Of a DNA stretch of 51,874 bases, positions 45,233-51,874 are shown piece after piece; the stretch's first letter is position 1, and every line of letters starts with the position of its first letter. The notes under the pieces are model-generated. The model was not told the origin of the DNA and did no database searches. It saw only the letters and a program-made list of their open reading frames with translations. The stretch lies in the sequence record PZ386979.1; one strand, written 5' to 3'. Position numbers and translations under genes: made by a program. The stretch comes from a phage.

Positions 45233-45477
45233 TGATCATTGAAAACAACTTTCTTTGCGTTAAGAGCAATCGACCATTCTTCACGCCTGGCAAGGTGTAC
45301 CAGGGCAAGAAGGACACAAGAGATGGTCACTCTTATCATGTTCACTGCAACAACGGATACAAGTTTTACCTTAACGGTAATAATGGAACTGAGATTGTTG
45401 CGTTTGAAAACGTAATTGCCGAGTTCGAGCAGATTACAGACGCGGAATTTGAGGAAGTGAAAGATGAAAACAAATAA
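45232..45477 (+). CDS. hypothetical protein (tandem paralog 2)
   Basis: 81 aa; shares PG..Y...K...G.S.Y/H... FYLNGNNGTEIVAFENVIAEFE with upstream gene. Confidence 0.45.
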   Translation: MIIENNFLCVKSNRPFFTPGKVYQGKKDTRDGHSYHVHCNNGYKFYLNGNNGTEIVAFENVIAEFEQITDAEFEEVKDENK

Positions 45478-45685
45478 GCGCGTCAAGCACAGGTTTACTG
45501 ATAACCACGGCGACGCGATTGATGTATACAAGTTCGGCGATCGCGTGTTTATTGATGGCACGTTTGAAGGTGGTCGTAGGCCGGATTTTAGGTCGATACT
45601 TACCGTTGACCAAGTGCGCAAGCTGGCAGATAAGTTAAATGATCTGGCAGATGAAATAGAATACAAGCAAATCCATTTTAATTGA
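45464..45685 (+). CDS. hypothetical protein
   Basis: 73 aa; overlaps upstream gene end. Confidence 0.4.
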   Translation: MKTNKRVKHRFTDNHGDAIDVYKFGDRVFIDGTFEGGRRPDFRSILTVDQVRKLADKLNDLADEIEYKQIHFN

Positions 45686-45696
45686 TAGGTTTGATA

Positions 45697-46410
45697 ATGA
45701 AAAAATACACTTTCGAACTGTGGGGCAAGAAGTACGAATTAATCACCAGCAAGCCGATTGTTATCGTTGACCTGGACGGCACGCTATCGGACGGATCGCA
45801 TCGTTTGCATTTGCTGCCAACTGAAAACTTGCACCTTACGGAATCGTGGCGCGAGTTTAACAGGGCCGCCTCCGGAGATTCACCGATTAAAAGCACTATC
45901 GCGGTTATTAACGGTTTATGGGTGTCGGGATTTGCCATCGTCATCCTGACCGGACGCAGCGACGAGGTTCGCTATGAAACCTGCAAATGGTTGAATGAGA
46001 ACGGCGTGAAGTTTGACGAAATCATCATGCGCCGCCAGGAGGACAACCGAAAGGATACTGTTATTAAAGAAGAAGCCTTGCGCGCTATTGGCCTGGACAA
46101 CATTGTTTGCGCCTTTGACGATTCGCCGAGCGTGGTTAAGCACTTCCGCAGCTTGGGGATCACAACCTATCAGGTCACGGAATACGACAAGCCACACGCT
46201 CACATACAATCTCACGGCGTGGAATCAATAAAGATCACGAAGCGCGCCCGATTCGTCGGCAGCAAAGACAGCCTGGTCAATGCCAGCTTTATCAAAGGCA
46301 AGGTTTATGATGTTCATAGCCATGATAAAAACCGATTCTTTTTGTGGGATGAAAAAGGTTTTGGCTGGTGCTTTGAACACGACGACGGCGATTTTGTTAA
46401 CGCGGAGTAA
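45697..46410 (+). CDS. HAD-superfamily phosphatase (polynucleotide 3'-phosphatase/nucleotidase-like)
   Basis: 237 aa; HAD motif I DLDGTLSDG near N-terminus. Confidence 0.55.
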   Translation: MKKYTFELWGKKYELITSKPIVIVDLDGTLSDGSHRLHLLPTENLHLTESWREFNRAASGDSPIKSTIAVINGLWVSGFAIVILTGRSDEVRYETCKWLNENGVKFDEIIMRRQEDNRKDTVIKEEALRAIGLDNIVCAFDDSPSVVKHFRSLGITTYQVTEYDKPHAHIQSHGVESIKITKRARFVGSKDSLVNASFIKGKVYDVHSHDKNRFFLWDEKGFGWCFEHDDGDFVNAE

Positions 46411-46416
46411 TTATAA

Positions 46417-46608
46417 ATGGCTGACTTTATGCATCAAATGATTGTTGTATTTAAGGGCAGTGAAGATGAAGAGGTTCGCGAATGCTTCACCATTGAGAAA
46501 TCATACAGCGCATCTTTAACCAGTTTTGGCAACATATCTATGATTGATGATAATGGCGATCCGTGGATTTTTGAAGATGATACGGATTGCTTTGAGATTA
46601 AAGAATAG
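46417..46608 (+). CDS. hypothetical small acidic protein
   Basis: 63 aa; highly acidic; stop TAG inside conserved element. Confidence 0.45.
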   Translation: MADFMHQMIVVFKGSEDEEVRECFTIEKSYSASLTSFGNISMIDDNGDPWIFEDDTDCFEIKE

Positions 46609-46648
46609 CACTTTTTGCAAAAACAGATTATCGGGCTTGCGGTATAGT
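46605..46648 (+). promoter_or_regulatory. conserved element (ATAGCACTTTTTGCAAAAAC) plus -10 TATAGT
   Basis: Contains stop TAG; spacer/-10 within inverted repeat GGGCTT...AAGCCC. Confidence 0.5.
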
Positions 46649-46679
46649 AAGCCCATCAACAACAAACGAGGATTAAATC

Positions 46680-46943
46680 ATGGCTAACAAGATCGAGTTT
46701 TTTAAAGCGGTAGACATTATCGACGGCGCGCCTAGCTTCTTTGCTATCCATTCTATTGACGGCAAGGATATTGGGTACAACGTTATCCGTCGAGATGGAA
46801 TATCAAAACTTAGTGACCTGGTAGGCCATATTGTGTCAATCGGGAAATGCGCATGGCCCGATTCGCCACGAGAGCCGCGCCGCCGCGACATGGTAGAGCC
46901 TGTTCTGCTTTACACTCTGGTAGTAGAAGGAGAAAATAAATGA
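46680..46943 (+). CDS. hypothetical protein
   Basis: 87 aa; GAGGA RBS; downstream of conserved element and -10. Confidence 0.45.
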   Translation: MANKIEFFKAVDIIDGAPSFFAIHSIDGKDIGYNVIRRDGISKLSDLVGHIVSIGKCAWPDSPREPRRRDMVEPVLLYTLVVEGENK

Positions 46944-47140
46944 TTTGGTTACTTGCTTTTTTGGTTGTTTTTCTTTACATTTCAGGATTATTCACGTTCC
47001 GCGCGTTGGTGAAAACATGCGATTGCACGGATAAAGATCAGCCTCTTGTTCTGATGTTCTGGTTTGTGTGGTTTTGGGTTGTGTGGTTTTGGGTTGCGCT
47101 TTATCAGATTGTACGGGATAAAAGCGGATTCAAGTGGTGA
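46940..47140 (+). CDS. small membrane protein (Trp/Phe-rich TMD)
   Basis: 66 aa; two hydrophobic helices; contains perfect 15-bp tandem duplication encoding VWFWVVWFWV. Confidence 0.45.
   Translation: MIWLLAFLVVFLYISGLFTFRALVKTCDCTDKDQPLVLMFWFVWFWVVWFWVALYQIVRDKSGFKW
47066..47095 (+). repeat. perfect 15-bp tandem duplication (GTGTGGTTTTGGGTT x2) inside membrane protein gene
   Basis: Two adjacent identical 15-mers, in frame, encoding VWFWV VWFWV. Confidence 0.8.
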
Positions 47141-47334
47141 TTCTTACTATAGCGCATTCACGCAGTGCGCTATGTTGAGATAACAACATGAGATCATGAA
47201 GATGCGAAACTTCGAAAAAATCGTATCCAAAAAGAAGCGATACAGCTACCACGAGCACCAAGAGATGAATCAACGCTATCGCAATAAGCGCCAGCGCAAA
47301 GGTAAACATTCCGGTAAACATGGAGAAAATCAAT

Positions 47335-47925
47335 ATGAAACGAGACATTATCATCCTTAACGGACCGCCAGGAGTTGGCAAAGATACGCTTGCCGCATAC
47401 TTAACGGGCCATCGTTACGCAGCGGTTAAAGCGTCGTTTAAACAGCCGATGTTTGATATTGCATTCTCCATGCTTGGCGTTTACAGATATGACGAGTTCA
47501 TTGATCTGTATAACGACCGCGAGCAGAAAGAAAAGCCTCAAGCAATCTTGCAAGGCAAGTCTCCGCGACAATTCATGATTTGGATTAGTGAAGAAGTCAT
47601 GAAGCCAGCTTTTGGCGAGCAATATTTTGGGAATCGCATGGTTGAGCAGGTACACGAGATGTACAGAGATTTAGCTGTTGTAATTAGTGATGGAGGATTC
47701 CCTGAAGAAATCAAGCCGCTCGTTAAGGCAGGCCATGAAGTTCACATTTGCCGACTGCATCGCGAAGGATTCACGTTTGATGGCGATTCGCGAAACTATA
47801 TTGACCTGAGCGGATACCATCACCGAGTCAAGCATTACGACTTCACAATGATTGATGGCGAGCCAGAAAAGACTGTTGACGAGATCATCAAAACGGTGCA
47901 GTGGAAACACATTAAGATCAAATAG
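47335..47925 (+). CDS. P-loop nucleotide kinase (dNMP kinase / polynucleotide kinase-like)
   Basis: Start ATG 47335 behind GGAGAAAA RBS; Walker A GPPGVGKDT resembles the GxxxSGKDT loop of phage dNMP kinases. Confidence 0.6.
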   Translation: MKRDIIILNGPPGVGKDTLAAYLTGHRYAAVKASFKQPMFDIAFSMLGVYRYDEFIDLYNDREQKEKPQAILQGKSPRQFMIWISEEVMKPAFGEQYFGNRMVEQVHEMYRDLAVVISDGGFPEEIKPLVKAGHEVHICRLHREGFTFDGDSRNYIDLSGYHHRVKHYDFTMIDGEPEKTVDEIIKTVQWKHIKIK

Positions 47926-47965
47926 CACGAATTGCTAAAAGCGTGGCGCAATGCCTCGCTATAAT
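47922..47965 (+). promoter_or_regulatory. conserved element variant (ATAGCACGAATTGCTAAAAG) plus -10 TATAAT
   Basis: Contains kinase stop TAG; 18-nt spacer; TATAAT. Confidence 0.55.
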
Positions 47966-47995
47966 GCAAACACCAATCAACGAGAGGAAATCATC

Positions 47996-48394
47996 ATGGT
48001 AGAGTTAAACGACATTCGCGTTGGAACAAAATTTCGCGTAACCTGGGCAGATAAATATTGCGGAGTTAGCAAGGGCCAGGTTGTTACTGTGGATAGCATT
48101 TATCGCGGATGCAGCAAAGACTTTCGCCGACCACGCATCAAGAATGGCTATATCATTACTCGACGACTTGGCTTTGATCATTATTGCGTAGTGGCAAAAG
48201 GCGTTTTGATTGAGCTTAAGCGAATCAGCGATCATCGCGGCTGCCATGTTAAGACAATGAAAACACCATTTCAGCGAGCGCGATACGATGCGCGCAGGAT
48301 GCGCCGTCTTGCACGAAACGCGATCAAGTTCAAAAAGCATGGTGGTAACTTTTACCTAATGTACAAAGGGATTGCGCGAAATGCTGGAAAATAA
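47996..48394 (+). CDS. hypothetical basic protein
   Basis: Start ATG 47996 behind GAGAGGAAA RBS (longer track ORF begins upstream of predicted -10 at 47960..47965); Arg/Lys-rich. Confidence 0.45.
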   Translation: MVELNDIRVGTKFRVTWADKYCGVSKGQVVTVDSIYRGCSKDFRRPRIKNGYIITRRLGFDHYCVVAKGVLIELKRISDHRGCHVKTMKTPFQRARYDARRMRRLARNAIKFKKHGGNFYLMYKGIARNAGK

Positions 48395-48512
48395 CAACAA
48401 CGCAACCAATCCAAAGCCGCCATTTGATTTTCATGAAATCATGATTGTGTTATTCTTGATTCTCTTAGTTGTTTATTCAGTGAGGGCCGCAATATGGTTT
48501 TTAATGCACTAA
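48381..48512 (+). CDS. small membrane peptide (putative)
   Basis: 43 aa with TMD IMIVLFLILLVVYSV; overlaps neighbouring genes; not in ORF track. Confidence 0.25.
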   Translation: MLENNNNATNPKPPFDFHEIMIVLFLILLVVYSVRAAIWFLMH

Positions 48513-48757
48513 AACGAATCTTTAAACCTGAATACCGGATCGTTGCTTGCACAGAATGCAAGATTTATTATCTGCAACGCCGCCGCGTTATTAGTGGGGA
48601 TTGGGAATATCTGACTGATGATGCTTTCGGCTTTTGGGCTATGGAGTTCAATAGCTACAGCGAAGCGCGTGAGTACGCTAAAAAGTTGCACAAGTTCAGA
48701 CCTTACAAGCTGCGTTTGCTGGTTGTCAAAAAATGCGATGTGTTGGATCACGAATGA
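48494..48757 (+). CDS. hypothetical protein
   Basis: 87 aa; CxxC pair (CTEC). Confidence 0.4.
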   Translation: MVFNALKRIFKPEYRIVACTECKIYYLQRRRVISGDWEYLTDDAFGFWAMEFNSYSEAREYAKKLHKFRPYKLRLLVVKKCDVLDHE

Positions 48758-49263
48758 AAAGAGTAATTATCATTTTTATTGCCATTATCGCTGGTTGCTA
48801 CCTGGCTTATAATTATAGCGGCATTGTTGAGTCAATCGGCAGGTTGATTATCTTCATGGCTGGCGGGTATGCTGGCTATTATGATGGATTCGAAAACGGA
48901 AAGCGTTACATGCTTACCGGAAAAAGAAGTAATGTTAACCGCGCCGCTTCGGTGGCGCTAAAAGGAGGAAACAAAATGGCTAAAAGCAATCGTAAAATGT
49001 TGATTAACGCATTCGAAAAGGCGGCGCTTGAGCGTGGTTGGAATGACTCATTTCACACAGCAAACTGTATCCGCCGTTACGGATTCAAGAATTGCCGATC
49101 CTGGGCGCGTCAAATGGCTTCATGGTATGATCTTGATGCGCATTACCTTGATATGGATTGCGCCCTGGTTGAAATGATTGAGCAGGCAGCATTAGAGGAT
49201 CGACCATTAACGCAATCTGATTTTGACGATTTTGTGCGCGATGAAATCTATTACATGAGCTAA
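48754..49263 (+). CDS. membrane/lipoprotein-like protein (putative)
   Basis: Start ATG 48754 (ATGA overlap); N-terminal hydrophobic segment with lipobox-like IIAGC; stop abuts conserved element. Confidence 0.45.
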   Translation: MKRVIIIFIAIIAGCYLAYNYSGIVESIGRLIIFMAGGYAGYYDGFENGKRYMLTGKRSNVNRAASVALKGGNKMAKSNRKMLINAFEKAALERGWNDSFHTANCIRRYGFKNCRSWARQMASWYDLDAHYLDMDCALVEMIEQAALEDRPLTQSDFDDFVRDEIYYMS

Positions 49264-49306
49264 TAGCACTTTTTGTTAAAACTTCCGCGAGGGCATTTGT
49301 TAAAGT
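49263..49306 (+). promoter_or_regulatory. conserved element with weak -10-like TAAAGT
   Basis: Element abuts TAA stop; 18 nt later TAAAGT; partial second core TTTGTTAAAG in spacer. Confidence 0.4.
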
Positions 49307-49338
49307 GTCCTCATTGAAGCGAAACAGAGGAAATAAAA

Positions 49339-49551
49339 ATGAAAATTCGAATCACCAGGGTTGACATTGACCGTAACGACGGAAGCATTACCCTTGAGCA
49401 ATGCGGATTCAAAGTTGGTGACATTGTAGAGGTTGACGGATTCTTTCGCGATGGTTCTTACTGCGTGTTAGCAATCCGAAACACAGAAGAAATTCGAATC
49501 GGTGATAACATCGGCGTAAACCATGACGAATGCGAGGTAGTAGAAGAATGA
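49339..49551 (+). CDS. hypothetical small acidic protein
   Basis: 70 aa; GAGGAAA RBS; acidic. Confidence 0.45.
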   Translation: MKIRITRVDIDRNDGSITLEQCGFKVGDIVEVDGFFRDGSYCVLAIRNTEEIRIGDNIGVNHDECEVVEE

Positions 49552-49781
49552 TCACGATTAACCTGTCAGAGCAGCAAGCAGCACAGATTATGCGTCATAT
49601 TTCCGTAATGGGTATTGATGGTGATTTCTCTGAAGTGGTGAAGCAGATTTATCGCCAACTTGCGCCAGCATCAACAATGGCGTCTGAGGTTGCAGTATGG
49701 CGTCACGAGGCAGGATACACGCAAAGGATGATTGAAGACTGGAAGCGCAAAAACGAGACTGCGGAGGATGCAGGATTATGA
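49548..49781 (+). CDS. hypothetical protein
   Basis: Start ATG 49548 overlapping upstream stop (ATGA). Confidence 0.4.
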   Translation: MITINLSEQQAAQIMRHISVMGIDGDFSEVVKQIYRQLAPASTMASEVAVWRHEAGYTQRMIEDWKRKNETAEDAGL

Positions 49782-50092
49782 TTTACATTCACTACTACCA
49801 GATCGGGACAAACGAAAACAAGCATGATCGCAGAGCAATTTGTGACACGCTCGAAGATGCGAAAGCACAGCAACGCGTTTTGGGTGGTGTAATTCAGGCT
49901 TTTGAGCCAGTGGAAGACATAGAGCACAGAGAGCATTTGAAAGAGATTGTTGTTGATGAAATTTCATCACTAATCGACGACATGACAAATCACGGTCCTG
50001 GTTCTCCGTGGGAAGAAGCTGGATCGACGGAGTGGGATTGCGCTAAAGTTGCAACTCTTAACAACTTTCGTGAGTTGCTCGACGATTTTTAA
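49778..50092 (+). CDS. hypothetical acidic protein
   Basis: 104 aa; ATGA overlap with upstream gene; acidic. Confidence 0.45.
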   Translation: MIYIHYYQIGTNENKHDRRAICDTLEDAKAQQRVLGGVIQAFEPVEDIEHREHLKEIVVDEISSLIDDMTNHGPGSPWEEAGSTEWDCAKVATLNNFRELLDDF

Positions 50093-50162
50093 TTAAAATT
50101 GAATGCCTTATACAGCGAACAGGACGCATTTTGACGAGGCATTTTTTAGGTAAGGTGATTCA

Positions 50163-50291
50163 ATGGATAACTACATAAAACCGTCGCAGTGGTGCGCACA
50201 GATGCAAGAGGAAGCATTAGAACGAGGCGACACTGAAACGGCAATGCACTATTTCGAAATGTACAACTTGTGGAAGGGTAGAGGTCTGTAA
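50163..50291 (+). CDS. small ORF (42 aa)
   Basis: MDNYIKPSQWCAQMQEEALERGDTETAMHYFEMYNLWKGRGL; AAGGTGA RBS; TAATG overlap with next gene. Confidence 0.3.
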   Translation: MDNYIKPSQWCAQMQEEALERGDTETAMHYFEMYNLWKGRGL

Positions 50292-50521
50292 TGTTTGGAA
50301 TGAACGAGGCACAATTCAACGCTGCAAAACGCCAGGCTAAGAAGTGCGGAGAGGCAATGAAGGCGGATGTTGAAAAGCGCGGAAAGTATGTTGATGAAGT
50401 TATGAAGGGCATTATTGCCGAACATTATCAGCCAGTTTCGCCAATGCTGACAATTACCCAATTCATCTGGTTGTGTGGTTATCTTCGTGGGCGATGGGGA
50501 AACGCATTTGACCGCGAATGA
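50291..50521 (+). CDS. hypothetical protein
   Basis: 76 aa. Confidence 0.4.
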   Translation: MFGMNEAQFNAAKRQAKKCGEAMKADVEKRGKYVDEVMKGIIAEHYQPVSPMLTITQFIWLCGYLRGRWGNAFDRE

Positions 50522-50667
50522 TTGACAACGATTTACTGATTGGTTAACATCTTCGGTGTTTACATAAGAGCGGCGTTAGTGCCGAACGGGTGGCGCGGTT
50601 GCCACGCAACAACGGCGATATGCAGGTTTTTACCGTAATACGTATCGCCTTTTTTATAGGTGAATAT

Positions 50668-50901
50668 ATGGAAAAGTACAAATTAACTTTCATGTTTAAT
50701 AGTATGGTGATGAATCCCTTAAATGGTTACGCTTGCAATAGCTTTTCTGTTACCGTGAATGAGGATGAAATTGATGATGATGGCAAATTCATTCGAATTG
50801 GTGAATACTTGTACCCAGTTCACAATATCAATTGCATCAAACGCGAGATCGTAAAAGATGAAGTACAAAGTAAAGCTGACGATCAGGCGAATGGGGCGTA
50901 A
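50668..50901 (+). CDS. hypothetical protein
   Basis: Start ATG 50668 behind AGGTGA RBS, after hairpin plus T-run at 50614..50655. Confidence 0.4.
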   Translation: MEKYKLTFMFNSMVMNPLNGYACNSFSVTVNEDEIDDDGKFIRIGEYLYPVHNINCIKREIVKDEVQSKADDQANGA

Positions 50902-51046
50902 TTGCCAGTCATGTAGGCAGGATTTTGAATGCGAGATTTCAGCGCAAAATCCTGTTGACGCGATTCAATGTGCTAAAGTTATATCAGGTGCAGATCCAGA
51001 GACGCATCAATTTTCAATAAATTTTGTAAGGGAAGTATCATGTTAA
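50858..51046 (+). CDS. hypothetical protein
   Basis: 62 aa; overlaps upstream ORF by 44 nt, weak RBS; several Cys. Confidence 0.3.
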   Translation: MKYKVKLTIRRMGRNCQSCRQDFECEISAQNPVDAIQCAKVISGADPETHQFSINFVREVSC

Positions 51047-51273
51047 ACTTAATTTCTGCTTTTGTTATTGGTTTTGTTTTTGCTGTGATTATTCTGCTTA
51101 TCGCGTCGGAAAAGATTTGCAAATTTCTTGCTAAGAACGGGAAGTTTGCAAGCGCGACATGGAATAACAAGATGCAGCGATGGGATGTGCGCGGTCACTA
51201 TCTGACGATTGGCAGCAAAATCCATCAGCATCTGAAGAATCAAGAAGATGAAAAAGTAAAATACAAGTATTGA
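51040..51273 (+). CDS. small membrane protein
   Basis: 77 aa; N-terminal TMD (LISAFVIGFVFAVIILLIA); AAGGGAAG RBS; terminator follows. Confidence 0.45.
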   Translation: MLNLISAFVIGFVFAVIILLIASEKICKFLAKNGKFASATWNNKMQRWDVRGHYLTIGSKIHQHLKNQEDEKVKYKY

Positions 51274-51280
51274 CCAACTA

Positions 51281-51304
51281 CCCGCCAAATGGCGGGTTTT
51301 TTAT
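51281..51304 (+). terminator. rho-independent terminator before terS
   Basis: CCCGCC-aaat-GGCGGG followed by TTTTTT. Confidence 0.7.
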
Positions 51305-51353
51305 TGCCTACAATTTGTCTATAATGATGCTTTGTTATAAAGGAGGGCGCATT

Positions 51354-51874
51354 ATGGCTAAAAACGTTGAGCCAGCAGTAAAGGCTTGCAATTTTAAAAA
51401 ACTATATAATAAGCAATATGGCGATATAGCAAAAATGACAAAGGCGCACAAGTACACGCCGGAACAGGTATTTGATCTGGCTGTGCGTTACTTTACGTGG
51501 GCAGAGGAAAATCATATACAGGCTGCGGAAACGGCATCCTTTCAGGGTGACGTATACGAAAGCAAGATTCACAAGCCGCGCGTTTTCACCTTAAATGGAT
51601 TCCGCTTATTCGCTGGCCTTTCTGCTTCCGTGCTTGAGAAATGGCGACGCGAGCCAGGATTCAGCGATGTTATGGACTTTATCGACGGAGTTGTTTACGA
51701 GCAAAAATTCCAGCTTGCTGCAAACAATATTGTTAACGCCGGATTCATTGGTAAAGAGATCGGCATTGAAAAGCCAGCTACCGTTACCATTGAGAATAAC
51801 ACAAGCGCAAGCGTTGACGCTGTAACGGCGGAGGAAGTCAAAGAGGCGGTAATTGACATTCTGGAGAAGATATA
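51354..51874 (+). CDS. terS: terminase small subunit (putative; 3' end runs off window, completed by nt 1)
   Basis: Open frame from ATG 51354 (AAGGAGGG RBS) to window end with no stop; last two nt TA plus nt 1 (A) give TAA overlapping terL ATG; position upstream of terL. Confidence 0.45.
   Translation, partial: MAKNVEPAVKACNFKKLYNKQYGDIAKMTKAHKYTPEQVFDLAVRYFTWAEENHIQAAETASFQGDVYESKIHKPRVFTLNGFRLFAGLSASVLEKWRREPGFSDVMDFIDGVVYEQKFQLAANNIVNAGFIGKEIGIEKPATVTIENNTSASVDAVTAEEVKEAVIDILEKI

Noticed and set aside
45127-45666. 179-codon minus-strand ORF
   Set aside because: Antisense to three consecutive plus-strand genes; Ser/Leu-rich low-complexity translation.
47130-47381. 83-codon minus-strand hydrophobic ORF
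   Set aside because: Antisense to plus-strand operon and kinase start; translation is Leu/Phe-rich as expected from antisense of Lys/Glu-rich DNA; no RBS.
2073-49306. Possible CRISPR array, given many copies of a ~20-bp sequence
   Set aside because: Copies are kilobases apart, in both orientations, at gene boundaries; no regular repeat-spacer spacing and no cas genes.
50614-50655. Strong terminator call for the long-loop hairpin GGCGATA...TATCGCC plus T-run
   Set aside because: Loop of about 22 nt makes a stable intrinsic terminator uncertain; kept only as a note in the downstream gene evidence.
1-51874. tRNA genes, integrase or lysogeny module
   Set aside because: No cloverleaf-like conserved tRNA segments and no recombinase or CI-like repressor were recognised; the only HTH proteins are a small Cro-like regulator and a phosphoesterase N-domain.

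Overview
The window reads as a complete or near-complete genome of a virulent T1-like siphophage (Drexlerviridae-type), opened at the first base of the large terminase gene. This is a call from sequence reading only; no database search was run. Layout: nt 1-20.6 kb (+ strand) is the late structural operon (terL, HNH endonuclease, portal, head genes, lambda-like tail genes G/GT-H-M-L-K-I-J); a Cor-like lipoprotein gene follows on the minus strand; 21.3-24 kb (+) is a recombination module (PD-(D/E)XK exonuclease, Erf, SSB); 24-29 kb (-) holds a tail fiber with C-terminal S74 chaperone domain, a glycine-rich protein and a primase; 29.3-35.8 kb (+) holds an SF2 helicase, VRR-NUC nuclease, Dam methyltransferase, metallophosphoesterase and a lysis cassette (holin, endolysin, lipoprotein-plus-TMD spanin candidate); 35.8-42 kb (-) and 42.7-51.3 kb (+) are two divergent blocks of small early genes; a terS-like ORF runs off the 3' end and would terminate with TAA only if joined to nt 1. 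No integrase, CRISPR array or tRNA was seen. The most striking non-coding signal is a ~20-bp element (consensus ATAGCACTTTTTGTTAAAAC) present in at least 17 copies, usually fused to the stop codon of the upstream ORF and 17-20 bp upstream of a -10-like hexamer. Other notable features are a lambda-like -1 frameshift site (AAAAAAC) in the tail chaperone gene, an AT-rich second HNH endonuclease gene that looks recently inserted, two AT-rich non-coding control regions with paralogous sigma70-like promoters, and several candidate accessory or anti-defense genes. Functional calls rest on motifs I could recognise by eye; everything marked hypothetical is uncharacterised.
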